DNA of 53,208 bases, taken from positions 1-53,208 of IMG/VR virus record IMGVR_UViG_3300011335_000433. The stretch is one strand, 5' to 3'. Positions 36,187 to 44,597 of this stretch are shown piece by piece. A program made the position numbers and the translations under genes. This DNA comes from a virus. Taxonomy: Duplodnaviria; Caudoviricetes. The notes beneath the pieces were generated by a model. It worked only from the letters and a program-made list of their open reading frames with translations, ran no database searches and was not told the origin of the DNA. Each line of letters starts with the position of its first letter. Position 1 is the first letter of the stretch.

Positions 36187-37167
36187 TCAGCGACCGCCTT
36201 GGCGGTCAAATTTAATGAATTGCTCTATCATTCGACGCTTGCGCTCGGGGTTGTCCCATGCACCGGCTTCCTTCATTGCTTTAACCCTTTCAGGTGAAAG
36301 AACAAATTGGTTCCGGTTGGTTCCCCCGTATGCGGCAGACGCTTCACGACCTGAACTACCCACTACATTCCTCGGTTTTCTGACGACTGGATTATCGTCG
36401 TTGGGGCCATTGTAACGATGGGGAAGTTCTTTTTGCAAACGGCTGTCAAGCTCGTCCCAATAATCGGCATCTGCGGGATCCCAGCCCTGGGTCACCATCA
36501 ACTCATCAATCTTTTTTGCGACCTTTGAATCGGTGTCAGAGGCGTCGGGCCGGTACCAAGAATTGCGGCGCATCCAGTCTGCCGCACCACGCTGTACAGC
36601 AGGGTCTGGCAAGAAATCTTGGGTTGGTGCCTTGATCTCACGCTCGGCTTGCGACCGGTGGGTTTGGAGCTTGCGCACATCCTCCTGGGCTGACTGCCAC
36701 AGGGTCTGCGCTTCGACCATTGACTCGCCATCATTGTTGGAGGTGGCTTCCATCATCTTCATCTTGGCGTATTCCAGGCGTACCTGGGCGTCCTCAATGT
36801 TCTTGTCGATGCGCACCAGGGATTGCTCCTTGGTGTTGCGCTCCAAATGGGACAGTCGGCGCTTGAACTCCTCGTTTTCACGGGCCAACGATTGAAGTCG
36901 GACGTCCTTTTCCTGGTTCGTTTTGCGAATCAGGTCTTTTTTGGCACGTCTACGGCTCCTTTTGGCGTCCCTGAGGCTGTCAGAGTCGTCGGGATGATCA
37001 TCATCCTCGTCAGAGAGCTGTCCGCCCTCCGCTTTTTGAGTGATTTGAACCTGACCATTGTCAGAATCCCCACCAATCAACAAATTTTCCGGTAATTCGA
37101 CCACCGCAGAGCCATCTTGTGACTCCTGAATGTCCAAATCATCGGCCTTTTGTTCAGTAGTTGCCAT
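36187..37167 (-). CDS. putative scaffolding protein
   Basis: Acidic N-terminus, long coiled coil, W..RNSW motif; lies between portal and capsid. Confidence 0.7.
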   Translation of the reverse strand: MATTEQKADDLDIQESQDGSAVVELPENLLIGGDSDNGQVQITQKAEGGQLSDEDDDHPDDSDSLRDAKRSRRRAKKDLIRKTNQEKDVRLQSLARENEEFKRRLSHLERNTKEQSLVRIDKNIEDAQVRLEYAKMKMMEATSNNDGESMVEAQTLWQSAQEDVRKLQTHRSQAEREIKAPTQDFLPDPAVQRGAADWMRRNSWYRPDASDTDSKVAKKIDELMVTQGWDPADADYWDELDSRLQKELPHRYNGPNDDNPVVRKPRNVVGSSGREASAAYGGTNRNQFVLSPERVKAMKEAGAWDNPERKRRMIEQFIKFDRQGGR

Positions 37168-37177
37168 GTTTTACCCC

Positions 37178-37633
37178 TTAAACGTAAGCTTTGAAGCTCA
37201 AAGGATCATCCGTCACCTTGGCGATCAGTTCGTGATCGTTCAAAGTCATGAATAACACCGGATCTTCACCCTCTTCACCCGTAACCTCGCGCTCCCAGCG
37301 GTCGCCACCCCATTTGGGGACGCGCACGTAGTCGCCGATCTGCGCCCATGAGCCCTCGGGCCATGATTGCATGGTGTCACGGTTTTTGAATGCCAAGGGG
37401 CCTATGGCTACCACTCTGCCGATCATGTTGTTCCACTTTTCGTTCTCCTTGGTTTCCTCCACCAAGATGATCCGACCAGAGGTCTTACGTTTGATGCGGC
37501 GCAATTGAACAATCACACGTCCACCGTATGGTTCTTGCCCTGGTTTAACCAGGGGGAAGGCCCATTCAAGCTCGACTGGATCGCTCACACCCTCATTCCC
37601 ACTGATAGTGGGGATCTTTTCCTTTTCACTCAC
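37178..37633 (-). CDS. GroES-like co-chaperonin
   Basis: RVIV...KTSGRIIL...GRVVAIGP...IGDYV...LNDHELIAKV; GTG start after CAGGAG. Confidence 0.8.
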   Translation of the reverse strand: MSEKEKIPTISGNEGVSDPVELEWAFPLVKPGQEPYGGRVIVQLRRIKRKTSGRIILVEETKENEKWNNMIGRVVAIGPLAFKNRDTMQSWPEGSWAQIGDYVRVPKWGGDRWEREVTGEEGEDPVLFMTLNDHELIAKVTDDPLSFKAYV

Positions 37634-37711
37634 ACTTTTCTCCTGACACCATATTTCAGGTGCATTCACATTTAAGCGCCTTGCGGCGCGGCCTCGGCCC
37701 CGGAGTGGGGC

Positions 37712-37891
37712 TTAATCTTGATTTTTTTCTTCGTCTAGCATGTTGTCGATCATGTCCATGGCCGCTTGTAGGCCCTGGTACTCGCCGACAATCCTTTGAT
37801 ACGCTTCCCAGGTTACAGCGTTACCCTGAGCCAGGGAAACGTGCATCTCTGCTTGGCGGATCTTGATCAAATGAATCAACCGTTCAATCAT
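37712..37891 (-). CDS. 59-aa helical protein
   Basis: Hand translation MIERLIHLIKIRQ...YQRIVGEYQGL...; ATGA coupling. Confidence 0.8.
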   Translation of the reverse strand: MIERLIHLIKIRQAEMHVSLAQGNAVTWEAYQRIVGEYQGLQAAMDMIDNMLDEEKNQD

Positions 37892-38046
37892 TTTTTCTTG
37901 GCTTGAGCCAGTCCACCAACGGGTTTCTTGGAGCTTTTGCTTCCGCCCTTAGGTTGCATTGCGGTGCCGTCAAGCTTCTCACCCATGGCGATGCGCTTGT
38001 GCTGGGGCACGAGGATCGTGCGTTGCTCGTATTCACTGGTTGACAT
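37888..38046 (-). CDS. small basic protein
   Basis: AAGGAG RBS before ATG 38046. Confidence 0.7.
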   Translation of the reverse strand: MSTSEYEQRTILVPQHKRIAMGEKLDGTAMQPKGGSKSSKKPVGGLAQAKKK

Positions 38047-40510
38047 TTGGTACTCCTTGCGGTGGTTGCATTTCAGGTGCGGCGGGTGCCACGGGTTGTT
38101 CAGGCAGGGCCTGAGGTTGAGCCTGAGCCTGAATAGTCTCATGCGTCAATTTTGCATTTTCAATTGCAATCTTGGTCTGATTATCCAGCGCTGACTTCTG
38201 CACGTCAGCCTGCAATTTTGCCTGATCGTATTGGTTATCGGCCTGATCCTTTTGGGTCTTGCGCTGGGTTTCAGCCATGCTGGTTTCCTTGACCACTTGG
38301 GCATCAGGCGGCAGGGCCTGTTTGGCCGCTTGCTGGCGCTGTTGGGCCACTTGGATCAACTGCTGGAAGGCTTGGCCAAACTGCGAGAACACCTCTTGAG
38401 TGTCGAGCATGACGTGGGCACCAACGGTGGTGTACAGCTTGTCGATAGTTGGGGTCAGGGCCGGGTCGTCATAGTCCGTGATGGGCTTGCCACGGGCCTT
38501 GGTGACATACCCGTTGGAGCGGTTCAAGTACCACAAGGTCATGTGTTGCTTGATGTGCTCGATCAGGTTGTTCAGGAAGGCTGGATCTGCAAATGGGCTT
38601 TGGCCAAAGAACGGGTTCAAACCGAATTGCAAGTGGTCTTGGATGTGGGCAATGTGATCTTGCTGGAGGTAGGCGTATGAAGCCTGACCAATCAGCATGG
38701 CCGCATTCTCGTCTGCTGAGGTGCGCTGTTCGGGTGCTGGCACGTTCTTCATCAGTTCATTGATGTTGGGCACCTTCATCTGCTTGAGCACCCGGCTCAA
38801 CACGCTTGGCATGTTGAATTGATCGGGGTGCTTTTCAGCCAAGGACAACACAGCTTGGTTTTGGGCCATGCGCTGGGTTTCGCTGAAGATGTGCGGATCG
38901 GACACCGGCACCACGTCAGTGACTTTGGAAAAGTCATCGCGGGTGATCTGCAAATCAACGACCTCATCGGCCATCTTCATTTCATCGAAGTGCCACCGGT
39001 TTAACCGACACAGGATCTTCAAAACCCTGGCTTGGCTGGCATGCATCCGGGCATGGATGGCTGAGAACACCGCCGCCCCTTGCTCAATCAGGGCCTGGGT
39101 GGTGCCCACAGGGGCCTGTGCGCTTACGTCAGCGATCTTTTCCTCGCTGGTGGTCACTACCCCCTTAGCCGCCTTGTCCAAGAAGCCCAGAAGCTCCAAA
39201 AGCACCTGTGAGGGTGGGTTGAACGGCATGGGCATGGCAATCTGGCGGATGTCGTTCACGCCGGGTGCGCCCTCGATCTCCACAATCTGGGTGACTTCCA
39301 CCTGTTGGCTTTGGCCGCTGATCTTTGCGCCCTTGAGTTTCAACATGGTGGCGGCGTTGTTGATGTGCGCCGAGTCCAACAATGCACGCAGGGAGCCGGT
39401 CAGGGCCGCTGACAAGCCGCCGATCAGGTGGGGCAGGCCAATGGCATAGGCACCACGCCACGGGATGAATTTGAACTCCACCACCCAATCCAGCTTGGTC
39501 ATGGTTTCATCTTGCTCTTCCCAATTTCGATACAGGCCGACAACTTCGTTGTCCAACTCATCAATCATCAGGATGTACGGAGCCATCGTGCCCTTGGAGT
39601 ACTTGTCGTCATCAAGCTCCAGGTAGGTGTAGATGTGATAGACCTTGCGCAGGCCATCCTGGTTGTCCTCCATCTTTTTGCCTTCGATCTTGTCGTTGGC
39701 TTTTTGGGTCTTGGAGGGTTCAAATTCCATCGTCGCTTTGACGACGTTGATGTCACGGTACATCCCCATGCGGATGCGGCGCTGGAACTGCTGGGCGGTG
39801 ATCTCGTGAACTTCAGCCGCACGCTGGGCGGTGTAGAAGTTGGTGGCCGCAAAGGGCAGGATCACCCGGTCGATGGGCAGGAACTCCACGCATGGGCGCT
39901 TCTTCTCCTCGTCAAACCACAGCTTGAAGTATTGCGACCCGCCCAATGGCAGTTGGGTCAGCATTTGCTCTTGCTCGTCGCGGAACTCCTCGATCTGCTC
40001 AGTGATCTGCCAATTCAAGTAGTCGCGCTTGCGCTCGGCAGTGGCCGTCTTCATGTCGTCCATCTTGCCCAGGATCTTGGTCTTCACCGGGCCATCGGGC
40101 GGAAACAACTCTTTGATTGCACGGGCGGCAAAGTCCACACAGCCCTCGGCCATGACGGGGTGAACCACTTTTGACGCACCCATGAAGGTTGCGCCACCGG
40201 GAGCGTCATTGCCCATGCCGGTGCGGCGGATGCCCTCTTCATACTGCTTGTCACGCAGTTCACGGGCCTGCTTGTCGGTTTCCAGCAGGTCGATGTACTC
40301 CATGGCCAACGAGCTTAGGGTGCCGTTGTTGATTGAGTCAGCGAGGTTGGAATAGAAGTCCGGGTTCATCTCCGGGCCGTCATCGGGCATTGTGATGATT
40401 GCTGAACCGTCAGGCTGTTCCTCTGACTGGATCTCAGGCAAATCAATCAGCGCACTGCCGTCAGCTTGTTCGCTGATGCCCATTTCGTCGATGTTTTCTT
40501 CGTCCATCAT
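38033..40510 (-). CDS. portal protein (P22-like)
   Basis: 825 aa; HPVMAE, ELFPPDGPVK, LPLGGSQYFK and APVGTTQAL motifs; Gln-rich C-terminal barrel. Confidence 0.88.
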   Translation of the reverse strand: MMDEENIDEMGISEQADGSALIDLPEIQSEEQPDGSAIITMPDDGPEMNPDFYSNLADSINNGTLSSLAMEYIDLLETDKQARELRDKQYEEGIRRTGMGNDAPGGATFMGASKVVHPVMAEGCVDFAARAIKELFPPDGPVKTKILGKMDDMKTATAERKRDYLNWQITEQIEEFRDEQEQMLTQLPLGGSQYFKLWFDEEKKRPCVEFLPIDRVILPFAATNFYTAQRAAEVHEITAQQFQRRIRMGMYRDINVVKATMEFEPSKTQKANDKIEGKKMEDNQDGLRKVYHIYTYLELDDDKYSKGTMAPYILMIDELDNEVVGLYRNWEEQDETMTKLDWVVEFKFIPWRGAYAIGLPHLIGGLSAALTGSLRALLDSAHINNAATMLKLKGAKISGQSQQVEVTQIVEIEGAPGVNDIRQIAMPMPFNPPSQVLLELLGFLDKAAKGVVTTSEEKIADVSAQAPVGTTQALIEQGAAVFSAIHARMHASQARVLKILCRLNRWHFDEMKMADEVVDLQITRDDFSKVTDVVPVSDPHIFSETQRMAQNQAVLSLAEKHPDQFNMPSVLSRVLKQMKVPNINELMKNVPAPEQRTSADENAAMLIGQASYAYLQQDHIAHIQDHLQFGLNPFFGQSPFADPAFLNNLIEHIKQHMTLWYLNRSNGYVTKARGKPITDYDDPALTPTIDKLYTTVGAHVMLDTQEVFSQFGQAFQQLIQVAQQRQQAAKQALPPDAQVVKETSMAETQRKTQKDQADNQYDQAKLQADVQKSALDNQTKIAIENAKLTHETIQAQAQPQALPEQPVAPAAPEMQPPQGVPNVNQ

Positions 40511-40511
40511 T

Positions 40512-42785
40512 TCACTTTCGTTTGGTCAACTCAAGTCGCATTGTGTCCAGATCTTTGTGGATGGACACTTTTCTTGATTTTGCCTTGTATGGTTGCTCTT
40601 CGTCTTCGCCTCTGCGCATAGCCAAGTGACGCTGGGCCATGATGTTGCTTTCAGGGAAGGCGTGGAAGTCGTCATCGGACAAGCCTGGGTGACGGCCACC
40701 AATTGATCCGCCGCCTGCTTTGCGCACGATTTTGATGGGCTGGGGTGCCACGTATTCCTTGCCACGGGCCTTTTCCTGCTCGTGCGGGGGATCGATCTCA
40801 TACTCACCTTTGTTGGCCATGGCGTGCTTGATGTGAGCTTCGCCAACATGGTGGGTGAAAGAGGTTTCATGGCCGACGTTGCTGGTGGACTCGGTGGGCG
40901 TAGTCATCAGGATGTGACCGGCCTCTTTGCCGTTTTTGGACTTGAAGCGATTCTTTGGCAGGTAATCCTCATCCTTGAACCGCGAGTCTGTGGGGATCAT
41001 GTGGGGAGTGCCATCGTCATTCTTCCCAACCTGAACCAAGCGAGGGTGAAGGACGTTTTGCTTCTGGTAGTCGTAGCGTCGTGCCTCTCCATCTTTGCCG
41101 GTCAAGGTGGTGTGGCCATAGTGTGCTTTTTCAGGCGTGGTAGCCTTGCCGCTGGGGCCAAAGTGACCCTCGGGGCCTTCTTTTCTTTCCTCTTCGCTCA
41201 AGCGGGATTGCTCACGACCAGCAGACCAGTACTTGGCGTGGGTGATGTGCTGTTCCATCTTCTTTGACATGGGTGAGCCGCGCTTGACGTCGGTGACCAA
41301 GTACGAACCTTTGGGCGGGGTTTTGTTGCCCTGCTCATTGACAAAGTCACCCTTGTTGTTTTCTGCCAACACGGTGTTGCTTATCCGACCCTTGTCACGG
41401 GCCACGTTTTCAGCAATCTCTTTGCCGTGCTTAACCTTGGGGCCAGTGTTGGAGTGGGTGACGTGGTATCCGTTTTCAGGGTCATGCAACTCATTGGTTT
41501 TGCCGTATGAGTTGGCAATGATGGGCGGCTTGCCATTGGCCTTGCGTTGCTCATTTAGGTGACGGATCACATGACGGGATGTGGTGTCGGTTTCATCCAC
41601 CACGTTGGGGCGGAACAACATGCGCTTGTTTTTCTTGTCAGCTTTTTCTGCCGCACTGCGCATTGAACCGGTGTGGGCCAAGATCCAGTCCTTGGTCATT
41701 GCCGGGTCGTGCTTGGCGATGGCGTGTCCCAATCGACGGCTTGCCGCCGCCGCATACTGTGACTCGGCATTGGGTGCAAAGCAGGTGCCTTTGCTGGTGT
41801 CCACGATACCGTGCTCATCAGATCCACCGCCACAGCCAGCGGTCTGGCCAGGGCAGGTGTTGAGCACATGGTACTTGGTGTCCTTGCCATGGCCCGATGG
41901 GTACAGGGCGTGGCCAGCGATGCCCTTGGAGGCGTAGCCAACGTGTGATCGGCCCTCTTTGTCGTATTCGTGGTTGACTGTATCGAGCTTTTCAGACTCA
42001 TCCAGCGTGTCGCGGTTGCCCTTAATGAATTTGGCTTGACGCAAGCGATTGAGTGCGGCCTCCTCCTCGGCGTGCTGTTCTTCCAGTGGACGCTTGAAGT
42101 GATCTTCCAATGCGTTTTTGTGGGTCTTGCTGATCTGGCCAAGGGTCAATGGTGCGCGGTGCTCGGAGCCATAGACGTTGGAGCGGGCCTCAGCCATGTT
42201 CTTGATGCCCTCAGCGCTGGCCTTGGGGTTGCCCTCCAGCATGTGCCGGGGAACCACGATGCCCTTGACCCCTCCTGGGCCTTCAGCCTTGACGGTCACG
42301 CGCTTGCTGGTGTCGCCCTTGTTGGCCAACTCAGACTTCATTGCATCGACCGACTTGGCCGACCCACCCTTGGCCATCCCCGGGGGCCCAGGGGGCTTCA
42401 TGGCGCTCATTGCCTGACCCTGTGGGGTCATCTGCAAGATGTTGCTTGGAGGCTGTCCAAGGGGGTTTGACTGGCCTTGCAACTGGGGTGCGGTGGCTTG
42501 GGGCTGAGGCTGACCGGGTTGGCCACCCATCGGTTGCTGTGACTGTGCGGTCATCATCTGGTGACCGGGCTGGTCGGTGCTCATGTCCACACCACCAACG
42601 GGCAAGCCAGACTGTGTGGCCAATCCACCAGGGGGCACGCCGTCATTGTCTTCCCAGTCGTTTGAGGGCGGCAGGTAGGGCTTGGGATCTACATTGGGAG
42701 CTTCATTCACGCCGATCTGCTGAATGTCGTAGGTGTTGGGCCGCTGGTTCAATGCCAAGCGCATTTGGGCAAGGGTTGGTTGCAC
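40512..42785 (-). CDS. large protein with Gp88-like (Cys-cluster) domain flanked by GG tags
   Basis: TCPGQTAGC...TCFA, FRPNVVDETD, NSYGKT and YHVTHS motifs; GTG start after AAGGAG. Confidence 0.65.
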   Translation of the reverse strand: MQPTLAQMRLALNQRPNTYDIQQIGVNEAPNVDPKPYLPPSNDWEDNDGVPPGGLATQSGLPVGGVDMSTDQPGHQMMTAQSQQPMGGQPGQPQPQATAPQLQGQSNPLGQPPSNILQMTPQGQAMSAMKPPGPPGMAKGGSAKSVDAMKSELANKGDTSKRVTVKAEGPGGVKGIVVPRHMLEGNPKASAEGIKNMAEARSNVYGSEHRAPLTLGQISKTHKNALEDHFKRPLEEQHAEEEAALNRLRQAKFIKGNRDTLDESEKLDTVNHEYDKEGRSHVGYASKGIAGHALYPSGHGKDTKYHVLNTCPGQTAGCGGGSDEHGIVDTSKGTCFAPNAESQYAAAASRRLGHAIAKHDPAMTKDWILAHTGSMRSAAEKADKKNKRMLFRPNVVDETDTTSRHVIRHLNEQRKANGKPPIIANSYGKTNELHDPENGYHVTHSNTGPKVKHGKEIAENVARDKGRISNTVLAENNKGDFVNEQGNKTPPKGSYLVTDVKRGSPMSKKMEQHITHAKYWSAGREQSRLSEEERKEGPEGHFGPSGKATTPEKAHYGHTTLTGKDGEARRYDYQKQNVLHPRLVQVGKNDDGTPHMIPTDSRFKDEDYLPKNRFKSKNGKEAGHILMTTPTESTSNVGHETSFTHHVGEAHIKHAMANKGEYEIDPPHEQEKARGKEYVAPQPIKIVRKAGGGSIGGRHPGLSDDDFHAFPESNIMAQRHLAMRRGEDEEQPYKAKSRKVSIHKDLDTMRLELTKRK

Positions 42786-42794
42786 GATTACTCC

Positions 42795-44597
42795 TTATTG
42801 GGTGGACACTGAGCCACCGGATTCATAAAGTGGGATGCCGTTCTTCTTGACATCTTGGCGCATTTCTTCGGTGATGGGGAAGTAATGCAAGTTGCGGTAT
42901 TCTGGCGGAAACTCTATTTGCTTGCCCTCAGAATTATGTCGCAGTGAACCGTTGTCTAATTTTTCTGCATGCCCATTCAATTCGGTCTTTACACCGTATT
43001 TCTTGCCGATGCTGTTGAGGATGTTGGGCACCTTCTTGTCGTAGAAGCCTTTCATTCCTTCACCGCCAGTCACAATGTTTGCACCACTGACCATTCTTTC
43101 GCCCATTGGGTTTGGTTCAGTTGAAAGCAATTGTTTGGCGGGGTCTTTACCAATGTACTCTTGCAACTTATCTTCATCGACAGTGTCGTCAGCAACTCGA
43201 TGGCCATTTTTGTCAAAAGCCTTGAAGTAATACGGGTGCGTTTCTTTGTTTGGATGTGGGTTGGGCACCAGCATGATTGAATCAATGTGCTGTGCCAAGC
43301 TGTACCGGTCGGCCTGCTCCGCACCCGGTGTTACCACCACACCATGGTAGCCCTTCTCAGCCGCATGATGGATCAAGCGTTTCAATGCCATCTCTTCCCA
43401 GTTCTTTTTGAATGGGGCGTTGGGGACGGCATTGCCAAACTTATTATTAATATCAGCAAATGAGCGCTCTACTCTGTTGGCTTCTTCTAACAATGGCTCA
43501 ATCTCAGCCTGAAGATCTGGCCTGCCTGAATTTCTGTTGAACTCGTTGCCCAATTCCATGGCCCGTTTTCTTGCGGCAACATATTCAGGATCGTTCCAAT
43601 CTATGCTTTTGTGGTCACCACGGTACCCTTTTTCACGCCCCTGCTGGTGCCAGTCGGACTGCAACTCCTCAAGGTGCAATAGCTTCTTTTCAGGGCCACG
43701 ACTGGGCTTGATGTCCAGTGATGGGCGCATTGATTCAGGCATACCCTGCAATGCGGCTTGGGCCTCTTCAATGGTGTTGTAGTGCTGGGATTTGTTGCCA
43801 GACTTTTTGTTGACCAGGGTGTATCCCATGTCTCCAGGTGCGGTGCGGTCTTTGAGGCGCAGGCTGGCCAGGATGCCGGGTTCGCCACCAAAGTGGGCTC
43901 CAACGCCTTGAAATTGTTCTGGCAGTTCTTTTGTTTTTGCTTCAATTTCGCGTATTAACCTTGCAAGTTGGCCAACACGCTTTTCTTGTTCTGGTGTTCT
44001 GCCATGGTAGGGCATGTTGCGAAGTTCATTATGAGCAGTCTCAATCTGCTTCATGTAATCTGGTTGTTTTGGAGCCTTGATCAGCATCTCGCGATAATTG
44101 TCGCCACCGGGTAGGGTGTATCCACCGTGATATGTTGAGCTTGGGTTTTCGGTTGCACGTTCTTCCGCAAGGCGCAAAGCCTGATCCATGTGGTTGGTGC
44201 GCAACCTTTGCATTTCTTCTGCCGCAAGTCTGCGGTATTCCTCCGATGTGTCAGCCCCTTCGCTGGCATATTCTCTGGCGCGTACCCTGATCAGATCATT
44301 TGCATTTCTGCGAAGTATTTCTTTGCTTGGCAGGGCTGGCTTTTCGCCTAACACCTTTTCACCAATGGCTGGCGCAGGCTTGGAGCCCAATGCCGCCATG
44401 AACTGCTCATGGGTCATCTTGGGGGCGTTGAGCAACTCACCCAGGCCACGCTCGGCGATCTCTGCTTGCTTAACCCCAGGGATGGACATCAGTTCCTTGA
44501 GGAACTCAGATCCAGTGCCGACCTTGCGGCGCAATAGCCCTGCGGCCTTGTCCAGGGATGAATAGAAGGGCTTGCCTTGGCCGACCAGTTCTCTCAC
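42795..44597 (-). CDS. polyvalent-protein-type domain (EELQSDWHQ family)
   Basis: FYSSL, LPGG.NYRE, LEELQSDWHQ, APFKK.W and GMKGFYD motifs; ends YESGGSV. Confidence 0.7.
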   Translation of the reverse strand: MRELVGQGKPFYSSLDKAAGLLRRKVGTGSEFLKELMSIPGVKQAEIAERGLGELLNAPKMTHEQFMAALGSKPAPAIGEKVLGEKPALPSKEILRRNANDLIRVRAREYASEGADTSEEYRRLAAEEMQRLRTNHMDQALRLAEERATENPSSTYHGGYTLPGGDNYREMLIKAPKQPDYMKQIETAHNELRNMPYHGRTPEQEKRVGQLARLIREIEAKTKELPEQFQGVGAHFGGEPGILASLRLKDRTAPGDMGYTLVNKKSGNKSQHYNTIEEAQAALQGMPESMRPSLDIKPSRGPEKKLLHLEELQSDWHQQGREKGYRGDHKSIDWNDPEYVAARKRAMELGNEFNRNSGRPDLQAEIEPLLEEANRVERSFADINNKFGNAVPNAPFKKNWEEMALKRLIHHAAEKGYHGVVVTPGAEQADRYSLAQHIDSIMLVPNPHPNKETHPYYFKAFDKNGHRVADDTVDEDKLQEYIGKDPAKQLLSTEPNPMGERMVSGANIVTGGEGMKGFYDKKVPNILNSIGKKYGVKTELNGHAEKLDNGSLRHNSEGKQIEFPPEYRNLHYFPITEEMRQDVKKNGIPLYESGGSVSTQ

